A program made the position numbers and the translations under genes. Below the pieces are notes generated by a model, which worked only from the letters and a program-made list of their open reading frames with translations, searched no databases and had not been told where the DNA came from. 64,000 nt of DNA from Hormiphora californensis (Eukaryota > Animalia > Ctenophora), in assembly GCA_020137815.1 (NCBI GenBank), contig CM035361.1:6510001-6574000 (forward strand), written 5' to 3'. This document shows, in pieces, positions 55,001 through 64,000 of this stretch. How positions within the stretch are numbered: the stretch's first letter is position 1; each line of letters starts with the position of its first letter.

Positions 55001-55653
55001 CCGGTTGGTTTTACATTGCATTTTTTTGTCCTGGTTTACTTTGTATTCCTTCCTTCTATCATTATTATTAATATTTCCTACATCTATTGTTGATGGTCCT
55101 TGTCCCGGAGAGTGCTCTACTCACGCGTTGCGAGGAGCTATTAACAAGTAAAACAAGGAAGTTTTAGTTCAACTGTTGAACTAAAACTTCCTTGTTTTAC
55201 TTGTTAGTATTTTCTACATCTACTAATTCACTACTAGTGATCTGCCAATAACTAAGTTATCCCATCTCTCTCTCTCTTGCAGGCGATATTTATACGATGT
55301 AACCACCAGTTCTTTATGGACGTCACTGATGATGAGGTAAAGCGATATTTTCTCTGTCAGAGCATTGGCCTGACAGTATTTTCTATACGTCCAGAGTCAT
55401 GGGGGTCCGGGGTCCAAAAATTCACCCCTAAAGAAAATGTAGGACCCCTCTCTGTTCTCCGATCTAAATTACTTCATTACCCCTTTCCATCAGGTGGTTA
55501 ACATTGTCTCACACTTCTCTTCCATTCCATCAGGCGGTTATCCTAATCGAACTGACACAGAAACCACAGTACACGGGGGCAGTCAGCAGTTGTAACCCAT
55601 TTGATGATGGCTCTGCTCCAGCCTTCAAGAAAATAGGGTTCGCTGTTCTGGAG
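41537..55653 (+). CDS. Calpain-5/6 (TRA-3)-like protein, apparently catalytically inactive; multi-exon, 3' exons not found in window
   Basis: Exons: 41537-41704 [21 protein letters not shown]; 41829-41957; ~42095-42220 [37 protein letters not shown]; ~42380-42509 [23 protein letters not shown]; ~50870-51005 GVSEVVSLT..; ~52003-52096 ..GWTGPYSN; ~54502-54600 ..HFWMT; ~54876-55003 [16 protein letters not shown]; ~55283-55336; ~55534-55653 ..IGFAVLE. QEW..EKP and VINTS.LS..KTW are CAPN5-type signatures. Confidence 0.88.
42510..42925 (+). repeat. GGTGGGTCCT / GAGCAGGTGGGT minisatellite reiterating a calpain donor (CAG|GTGGGT)
   Basis: Begins at the first base of the intron after ..GATTTTACAG. 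CAGGTGGGT recurs more than 10 times. Confidence 0.85.
42940..50900 (+). repeat. 50-bp satellite (~130 perfect copies, ~43710-50230, with garbled flanks); unit = calpain 3' splice site + start of the next exon
   Basis: Unit GTGGTGTTAGTGAGGTAGTAAGTCTAACCTCATTCTCCTCTCTCTACCAG. The last copy runs into unique coding sequence (..CTAACCTCATTTTCCTCTGAAAACCTC..). Confidence 0.95.
50692..50791. other. Assembly gap (100 N) inside the 50-bp satellite
   Basis: Run of exactly 100 n, so the true array length is unknown. Confidence 0.99.
52190..53240. mobile_element. Probable non-autonomous element in a calpain intron (ends not defined)
   Basis: Internal direct repeats (GTTATGACTGTCTTAA..AAGACGATTTT x3-4; GTTGCCTTGACA..CACGTTCAAAATTTCA x2) and no coding capacity. 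Confidence 0.45.
53668..54112. mobile_element. MITE-like element with ~124-bp perfect terminal inverted repeats
   Basis: 53668-53791 (ACTAGATCCAAAAACC...GCGTTTCCATGAT) is the reverse complement of 53989-54112, around an AT-rich ~200-bp spacer. No TSD recognised. Confidence 0.82.
55142..55206. repeat. Perfect 65-bp palindrome (32-bp arms, 1-nt centre) in a calpain intron
   Basis: TAACAAGTAAAACAAGGAAGTTTTAGTTCAAC-T-GTTGAACTAAAACTTCCTTGTTTTACTTGTTA. Confidence 0.9.
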
Positions 55654-56095
55654 GTAACTTATTATTGATGTTGTTGTAAATAAAGTAGATTTCACACCCC
55701 GATATATATTTATTGATGCCACCAAATATAATGACATACCTAGGTTCAGCAGTATTTTAGGACTAATTGAGATTTTTTGAGGCTGCAATGGGACTACTAC
55801 AATGTATCATCTTAACTTTATCCGGGGCGAGGGAGGGTGGGGTTGTGCCTCAGTCTCTGCCGGGGGGAGTTACACCAGGGGTCTATATTAAATGAGGCGG
55901 TAAGAAGGTTACTTGAATACACCCGTTATTCTCATCATGAGTAGGTCGATCAAACAATGGAAGCGCGACTCAAGGTCTGAGCACTGAGCAGGGAGGTTCA
56001 AGACAAAGGTGTAGTGTAAATGTGTACATGGCCATTATGCCACAACATATCATCCCTTCATATATTTCTACATGAGGTTGAATACATCAATCCTA

Positions 56096-56165
<70 letters not shown>

Positions 56166-56664
56166 TCTCTTTTTCTATCTCTCTCTCCCTTCCTCCGTCT
56201 CCGTCTCTCCCTCTCTCTTCATTACTCCTATATATTTCCATTGTTGGGAGACAATGCAGCACGTGTATACACAGTCAAACACATCCGAACATCCGAACAG
56301 ACAAACACAACCAAACAGACAAACTACTAAACAGACAAATAACAAAACAGACAAACAATGGGAATCGGAAACAGACAAACATGAACCAAGTACCAAATAC
56401 GAATTTGGGCTCAGAAATACAAACTGATATAGTTTCCGGTAGTTAGGCTGTGCCCTGTAATGAGAGAGTGTCATTATTATGAGATAACATATATGCTACA
56501 TTGTCTGTCCTTAATTCCCTCAGTTTTCCTCTGTATCTATGATTTCTCTATATACCAGCTGCAGCTGTAAGCCTATTCCAACTATAAACACAGGTCACAT
56601 CTGGGTGTGTGTGTGTGTGTATCTGGGTATATCTTACACTCTCAGTTGATAATAACACAGACAA

Positions 56665-57140
56665 ACTGACGCACGAACTAACTGACACACCAAGTAACTG
56701 ACACACGAACTAACTGACACACGAACTAACTGACACACGAACTAACTAACACACGAACAAACTGACACACGAACTAAATGACACACGAACTAACTGACAC
56801 ACGAACTAACTGACACACCAACTAACTGACACACGAACTAACTGACACACGAACTAACTGACACACCAACTAACTGACACACGAACTAACTGACACACGA
56901 ACTAACTGACACACGAACAAACTGACATACAAACTAACTGACACACCAACTAACTGACACACGAACTAACTGACACACGAACTAACTGACACACGAACTA
57001 ACTGACACACGAACTAACTGACACACGAACTAACTGACACACGAACTAACTGACACACGAACTAACTGACACACAAACTAACTGACACACGAACTAACTG
57101 AAACACGAACTAACTGACACACGATCGAACAAACTGACAC
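56665..57140. repeat. 16-bp minisatellite (AACTAACTGACACACG), ~29 copies
   Basis: Direct tandem repeats with occasional substitutions. Confidence 0.92.
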
Positions 57141-58912
57141 GAAATATAACAAACCGACACACAGACATTTGACGGATGAAGACAAAGATGTGACAGACAC
57201 TAATCGAACTGAATATATTATTTTGTGCATGGATAAATATTGAATATCCTAAAGAGAGGGAAGGGGAGAAGGGAAGACAACTTTCCTAGCTAGGCCACCA
57301 TCTGTTGTCATTTTGTTAACTATCTCTCTCTTCTATGTGTACATTACTGTGTGTTACACACGGATGATTTACTGCACACCATACAGCTACAAAACATGTT
57401 ACAGTTAACCCTTTACCTGCACAAAATGTTGCCAACTGTCAAACAGGACAATAAAATTCATCCTCATGGCTCATTCTTCAATCTTTAGGAAATTGAAGTA
57501 TCATCTAGAACACGATATAGAATGTGAATGGAATGCACACCTGTGACCTGGCTTTGATCCCATTTGAGATCAGTTTCAATTCGTTTTGCCGGTTCCACTG
57601 GTGCAGGAACTCCTAATTTCACCCATATCATTGCAGTGTTTGTAAGGCGCGGGTACTGGGGAGGTGGGTTGTCGGCGCGAGCCGGGTAGAGAGGGGATCG
57701 CGCGCGCGAGGTTTAGACTGGCAAGCAATCTCCAAGTTCAAGACAAGCATGATGACAACAATTAAATCGGTATCACTAGGACCTGGATGGGTTAATGGAT
57801 AAACACATGGGAGACGTTGGAGCTACGGACTGCGGTGAATCTTGTGTATTCCGTAGTTTGATAAGACATTCAGAACAAGGAGTTTCAGAATAATGCTAAA
57901 ATTTCGGACTTCGGCTAAAAGCCCTCTTCAATGACAATTATACTGTTGACAAGAATTATTTGCATTATGTATCCATAATGCTACGTTTCCCTGCCCTCTT
58001 CGATCTTCCATTCAACTCGCCCAACGAGTAAGCTGTCCGCAAAATGGGGCTATTTTGCATGTTTGTAGCGCGTGCAGCTGCAGGGGCGTGTTGCCAGCAC
58101 AACGTGGTTGAATCGCGGGCGCGCGCGTCAGGCTCTAATGCCAAAGTCGCAGCCTGTGTTGTGTGCTCGCACCATAAGCAGGTTCTCGCGCCCTACAGCC
58201 AATACTATTTTAACTTGGGCCAGTGGCAATTTTTTCAGGATCCAGGAGCAAAACGGTATATTTGAATATGATTGCAATGAATTCAAATGAAAAATCGTTT
58301 TTTCAAGTAATCAAGAATTGTTGAGAGAACAGAATTGTGTTAAAAACTTGTCACCAGGTTTACATAACAAATTAAAAAAAATCGTCTTTCTGTCTCTCAA
58401 ATCCGATAACAATTGGGGGGGGGGGGGGGGTCAACCCAACTGTATCAGACATCCTTGGTGGTTAGGATGGTTAGGTTGGGTGGATCCCGAAGGGAAGCGA
58501 ACAAATAGGATTTTCCTGTAAATATCAAATTTTTGGAAATTTGGGTCAAAATTTGGGAATTGTGGGTCCTGAAGGCACCACAGTGCCCAATTTTGTGCGC
58601 TATTATTTTGGTTAGGCATCACACCTACAATTTTGGGTTTCTCACAAACTATTTTTGGGGGTTGGTCCAAAAATTTGGGTAAGGAGACAGTTGGAGGAGC
58701 ACCCCCAACTGTCAAAAATTTACAATTTTTTGAAAAAATAGGTGTGGTTCTCAACTTTTGGGTGTCTGTGACAGATAGATGTTCCCCAAAAAGTCAAAAA
58801 CATGGGATTTTTCGGAAAATAGGTGGGGAGGGTGTGGGTTCCAAAAATTGGGTTGTGAGACAATGAGAGGAGGACCCTAACTATCATAATCAAATAATAA
58901 TCACCCCCTCAC

Positions 58913-59460
58913 CTCCTCATGAGTTCATTGTTAATGGTGTACCCTGGGCGTGGGAAAGGAGGAGGAGGTGGAGGAGGTGGCATCACTCCTGGTGGAGGAG
59001 GCTCGTTTCGGGTGGGTGGTGTGGGTTGCCGGGGTGGCGGAGTCACCAGGCGGCGGGATGGTGGAGTGGTGGGGTGGCGGGGTGGTGGGGTGCTGGGGTG
59101 GCGGGCGTATGGAGCAGGCCGTCTCCTGTTCTGTGGCCTCCCGTGGAGGTGCCAGCTGAAACGTGTTATATCGGGTGAAATACTGTTAATTTCCTAGTTC
59201 GGGGGAAGGTTATCCTCCCGGTAAATCGGTGTTCCGGTAAATCGGGGTCGAACTTATTAACAAAAACTGTATTTCCATGTCACTTACCACACTTTCCGGA
59301 TGTGGCCGGCTGTGCCACAGTAATGGCACACAGGTTTCTCGGCGGGTGGTGGAGTGGGAGGAGGAGGAGGAGGAGGAGGTGGGGCAACGGGAGCTGCCTT
59401 TGCCGCGTCCATTTTTGCCGCGACGGCCAGGCCCTTGATGACAGCCTCAACAAATTCCAT
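58913..59460 (-). CDS. Small spliced proline-rich CCHC zinc-knuckle protein (at least 2 exons; final exon uncertain)
   Basis: Exon 59460-59288 MEFVEAVIKGLAVAAKMDAAKAAPVAPPPPPPPPPTPPPAEKPVCHYCGTAGHIRKV + TG|GTAAGT. Exon 59155-58913 (TTTCAG|C) completes TGC and continues WHLHGRPQNRRRPAPYARHP..., ending AG|GTGAGG. Splicing gives an exact C-X2-C-X4-H-X4-C. Confidence 0.72.
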
Positions 59461-60034
59461 GCTAAAGATAGAGATACATAGTTAGTAATAAGATAAGGGG
59501 GGGGGGGGGCAAGGGCAAATATAATGTCTTATTCTGTCATGAAATTGGGGATCGATCTGATTTGACAGTGAGGAAGCAAGTTAGGGCGCCTTCGTGACCA
59601 AAGAAGGAATGGTCGGACCGCCCTAAAACCGGTTTGGTAACAACCAGTATTATTTCTGGAGTTGCTGTGAGAACATTAAATTTGGCACAACCAGCTAGTC
59701 AATAGTTATGATGAAAAACTGGGTAATGAAGATCACTTTACAGTTTACACATATAACATCCTAACTCAACACATATAATAACATCCTAACTCAATAAACA
59801 TAATATCTTAACTCAACACACTTTTTTTCTATAATACCCGTCTAGCTATTTAAATTCATGACAAGTGTACCACCGGCGCAACTTAATTAAATATATCAAA
59901 TGAATATGTGGAATCGGTCACAGTAATGAGTATGCTCAGGCATTGGGACCCTGAGACGTAGTTTACGACCACTAGTAATCCTAGTGGACGCCCTCACTCA
60001 TCATACTCATTAATGAGATCATAGGTATTATATG

Positions 60035-60530
60035 AGTACCACGTACATGCATTATGGTTATCACGAAGAGGCATATCAGTGGCACCTGACCATCTGGAAG
60101 TCAGGGTTTTTTGATGAATACCACGTATATACATAAGGAATCATTATTGAAGCGGTATATCAGTGGCACCTGACCATCTAGAAATCAGGTTTTTTTTAAT
60201 GAATACCACTTATACACAAAAGGAATCATTATTGAAGCGGTATATCAGTGGCACCTGACCATCTAGAAATCAGGTTTTTTTAATGAATACCACTTATACA
60301 CAAAAGGAATCATTATTGAAGCGGTATATCAGTGGCACCTGACCATCTAGAAATCAGGGTTTTTTATGAATACCACTTATACACAGAAGGAATCATTAAT
60401 GAAGCGGTATGTCAGTGGCACCTGACCATCTAGAAATCAGGTTTTTTTTTATGAATACCACGTGTATGCAGTAGGAATAGTTATGGAAACGGCATACCCG
60501 TGGCACCTGACCGTCTGGAAACCAGGATTT
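60035..60530. repeat. ~84-bp tandem repeat (~6 copies) immediately 3' of the Helitron ORF
   Basis: ATGAATACCACTTATACACAAAAGGAATCATTATTGAAGCGGTATATCAGTGGCACCTGACCATCTAGAAATCAGG(T)n recurs at ~60114, 60199, 60283, 60366, 60450. Confidence 0.9.
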
Positions 60531-60568
60531 TATTTAAAGCACAATGGGAACATTCGACTTTATTCCAT

Positions 60569-63500
60569 TCAATTATTTGATAATCCAAGTGCTACTGCAA
60601 ACCAGTGTGAACCCACACCATCCGAGTTATTTACAATATAAAACCGCTTATTGATACGCTGGATTACATGGTCATCAACTCTTTTTTTAAATGTATACAG
60701 GCTGATAGCGTCGTCCACATTATACTTCGTGTATAGTTCATTAGCATTAACATCAATATTATAATATTCACTCAGATAAACAGCAATTAATTCTAAGCAC
60801 TGGCCACCAAATAGAAAGGCAGGAGTATTAATAGGCTGTATGTTTAGTTTCGTGTTAGCAATAAAAATCATGTTATTTGTAACTTCACCTCCAAATACAC
60901 AATCGTCATAACACACATTCATGTCAAAGCAGTCTGGCATAGATATCATTTTGGAAATTACTCTAGCTGCTATGTATCCACAACTGAATCCTTTCTGTGA
61001 CTGGTGCCTGATTGTCCTGACCTTATATCCAAGTAGATTTAGATGGCAGCTAATATCTACGGACTCTACACACGGTAGGAAATCAACAACAACAGCGCAT
61101 AAGTTACTTGTCGAAGTGATGGTCTGAACGATATCTGGCAAGGGAACACTGTCGGACGGCAGTACAGAATTGAAGGAAAACTCGGGCAAAGATCGCAGTC
61201 GTTCATATTCAGCCGTTATCACTGGGTCAACTTTAATGTTCGACGCCTGAAATCCTAGCAGATGCAATCCTGATAGGTTAGTCAATCGAGATATAGCTGT
61301 ATAGGCCATACCCGCCTTCCAAAACCTCCCTGTAAGATCGACATATGCCCTTTCCAAAGTCATCCCCTGGCACTTGTGAGCCGTTGTTGCCCAACACAAA
61401 ACAAAGGGAAGTTGATATCGTGACACATAAGCATTCCTACCACCATGAACAGAACTCTGAAACTGTTTCTCTACCGGTTTAATGGGAACAGTTGACCGCA
61501 ATGGACAATTGGGTGTACATTTAGGACCACAGGCGTGCTTAGAGAGCACTCCAACTTTTACATTATCAAACTCGATGTGGACCTCCTTCACAACTTTGGC
61601 AGTAACTTTGTCCGCAGTGTGACTTGTATTTGTACCCGTGAATGAAATCAATCTGACAGTACCACAAACTCCGTTACACAACTTTTCAGACACATCAAGA
61701 TTAACCCTGATCATAACTCTTGCACCCACTCCTATAGTAATTGATTGAGGTAACCCCGCAGTCTTGTTTACGTTTGCAGCAGCATGAGATGATGCATTTC
61801 TCTTAGTATCCCCTCCAAAAGGATTTCCATTGAATGCCTCATTTGTAAATCTGTCACAAGCTGTCACAGTAATGCATCGGGTTTTAGTTCTGAGAAAGTC
61901 AATACATTTCGTGTTATGCTCCCGACACTGTAAGTTTGTCGTATACAGTACAAGATCATTTAACATGTCTGCAACTGGAGGGAGCACATCGATGACACGA
62001 GATCTGAGGACATCCATGTCACTGTTTGTTTGAATCCCAGTACGGAGCCTATGACAGATTTCGGTAAATTGTGAATCACCTTTGCTTCTTACAATTTCTG
62101 TCAACTCAGAAAACGTGACCAAGTCCTTCCATAAGTTAACTGAGAGCTTCGCGGGCCCTCTGGGATCAAATATCTTTGTCTGTTGTACAGGAGGTATCTG
62201 GTAAAAGTCACCAAAAAATAAGATATTAACACCGCCAAAATAGTCATGTTGTCCATTCATACCCTTTAACTGGTTCAAGCGACCATGAATATGATTTAGC
62301 ACAGTATTCCCTAGCATTGATACCTCATCAATTATGAGATACTGAAGATTACCAAACAGTCCATCGATCATATTCTGGCACTTGCTCGAGCTGAGAGGCT
62401 TTTGATTTGAGATATATCCGCCTCTTTGTGTATCTAGCTGAAGCATTTGGTGCACGGTAATGCCTTCCACCAACGCTGCAGCTGTTCCAGTGGTTGCCGT
62501 GACAGCCACATAAGGCTTCAAGGCTGAGCCACCCAATGTCTTGTTAATGCAAGCACGAAGTACACTGATGAGGAAGGTTTTCCCTACACCGCCTGCACCA
62601 GATATAAAATGGATTAGCTGGCGAACGCCTTTACCCGAAGCAACCTTAATAACATGGTCTTGCACCAACTTGAATACTCCCTGTTGCTTGATGTTCAGTG
62701 AGTTAACACGGGTATCATACTCCTCTTTGCTGATGTCTGGCTCAACGTACGTAACTTTAAAGTTAACCTTGTCATCTGGGTCCTTCAATCCAGGCCGAGG
62801 ATGAAGCAAAGCAAACCGATTATCCAACTTATCACCATGTTTTTTACAGGCATCTTCTACATCAAGTCGATCTTTGATAGACTGTTTAACTTCATCCACT
62901 ATATCCTCCATTGTATCAGAGTCAATTGTCTCAAACCTGGACATATTACTGTTAATGACTGCAGCTTTATACATAAACGAATCCTCAAGGTTGTCGTAGT
63001 GACCCTCAATCTCGCCCTCTGACCTCCAAGGGAAGTACATACAGATCTTAGAGTAATAATAACCCTCGGGATCTGTTTTCCTTGACGGGCAATGTGTACG
63101 TACAACCACAGGAGACAAACGCTTAATCATACGACCCAGCTCCTCTTTCTTCAATACAATGATTCGTGACCTGTTATTGTTATTTTCTTTTTCATAACAC
63201 GTCTTGTAATGAACGGCAAACTCCATAAAGCTCATATCATTTAAACAGTCCGGTCTATGGGGATAGCGGTCAATCAGGCCCTTGTTGAACACATCCTTAG
63301 AATCACTATGAAGAGCTTGCAGCTGATGTTTAGACTTGAGCATACCGTGACGAAATTTAGGTTGATTAGAAGGGACAAATATTACCTCAGGCTTAGACAC
63401 AGACATGGAGTAAGGCATGGTCCTATAGATCGATTCCTGCTGACTAACAGATCGTGTATTAATGAAAACGTTGCCAAGCTGTTTCAACTTAGTCCGCGTA

Positions 63501-64000
63501 TCAATGTTAACAGGGTCGTCAATTTCCTTCAAAACATCCTTCATCTTGTCACAAACAGCCTTCTCGGTTTTAGTAGCATAAGCCAATACATAGTTGACCA
63601 TGTCCCACATGGACGTAACGAATTGAATATCCATGTTTGATCGGGTAGCCCTCAATAGGGCCTCGTTATAAGGATTGACATACTCATTTCCGACAGAACG
63701 CTTGTACTCTACCTTCTGCTTACGACCACTATTCCTGAGACCTGATTTGACTTGCCCATCTGCCATTCCTTCTTGAGACTCGGTCCCAATGATGAATGTT
63801 TTCGCCGTGACTTTTCTAGGGAAATGGAAACGACATGAACCTCCACTATTTTCCGAATACTTAGTACAGGTTTTCGTGTGTCGGTGAGTTTGCAACTTCA
63901 CAAGTTCGTGGAGGCAGGCATCTTCTTCCAAGGAAGGATTTTCAGTAGAAACGTGTTGATCAATGTAAGAGATTACCTTCTCAAGAGAATCAACCCCGAG
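60569..64000 (-). mobile_element. Helitron (Helentron/Helitron2-like) Rep-Pif1 helicase ORF, intact and intronless, truncated by the window edge
   Basis: Rep C-terminal motifs QTHRHTKTCTK..CRFHFP, NPYN..NMDIQFV..YVLAYATK (YxxxY), RSVSQQESIYR. SF1B/Pif1 motifs SGAGGVGKT, ATTGTAA, LIIDEVSM, FGGVNILFFGDFYQIPPV, ELTEIVR, GARVMIRVNLD..LCNG, RYQLPFVLCWATTAHKCQGMTL, GMAYTAISR. The frame stays open upstream of 63931. Confidence 0.93.

Noticed and set aside
58919-59197. Gly-rich plus-strand ORF
   Set aside because: Antisense shadow of the proline-rich exon of the minus-strand zinc-knuckle gene.

Overview
Eukaryotic (animal) genomic DNA from an imperfectly polished assembly: it has a 100-N gap, a 1.65-kb poly(A) run, garbled repeat blocks and 1-bp indels in conserved exons. 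The MITE families, the same-strand nested gene and the acceptor-before-ATG layout suggest a ctenophore such as Pleurobrachia (inference only). Contents, left to right: a frameshifted L2-type LINE with a hAT-type non-autonomous element in its 3' UTR; a spliced SRCR + Ly6/uPAR-like gene (+); an Ig-domain gene (-); two foldback elements; TMED10/p24-delta (-); a ~17-kb 81-bp satellite; peroxiredoxin-4 (-) with an intronless glycerate kinase nested on the same strand; a CAPN5/6-like calpain lacking catalytic residues (+) with an ~8-kb 50-bp satellite in one intron; a small spliced CCHC zinc-knuckle gene (-); and a Helitron/Helentron Rep-helicase ORF running off the right edge. Main observation: both large satellites, and about a dozen smaller repeats, are amplified copies of the host genes' own splice junctions. 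The 81-bp unit is the TMED10 acceptor + ATG + signal peptide. The 50-bp unit is a calpain 3' splice site + exon start. Each unit also carries a GTAAG donor, so the arrays read as chains of micro-exon/micro-intron cassettes that the spliceosome must somehow get through.
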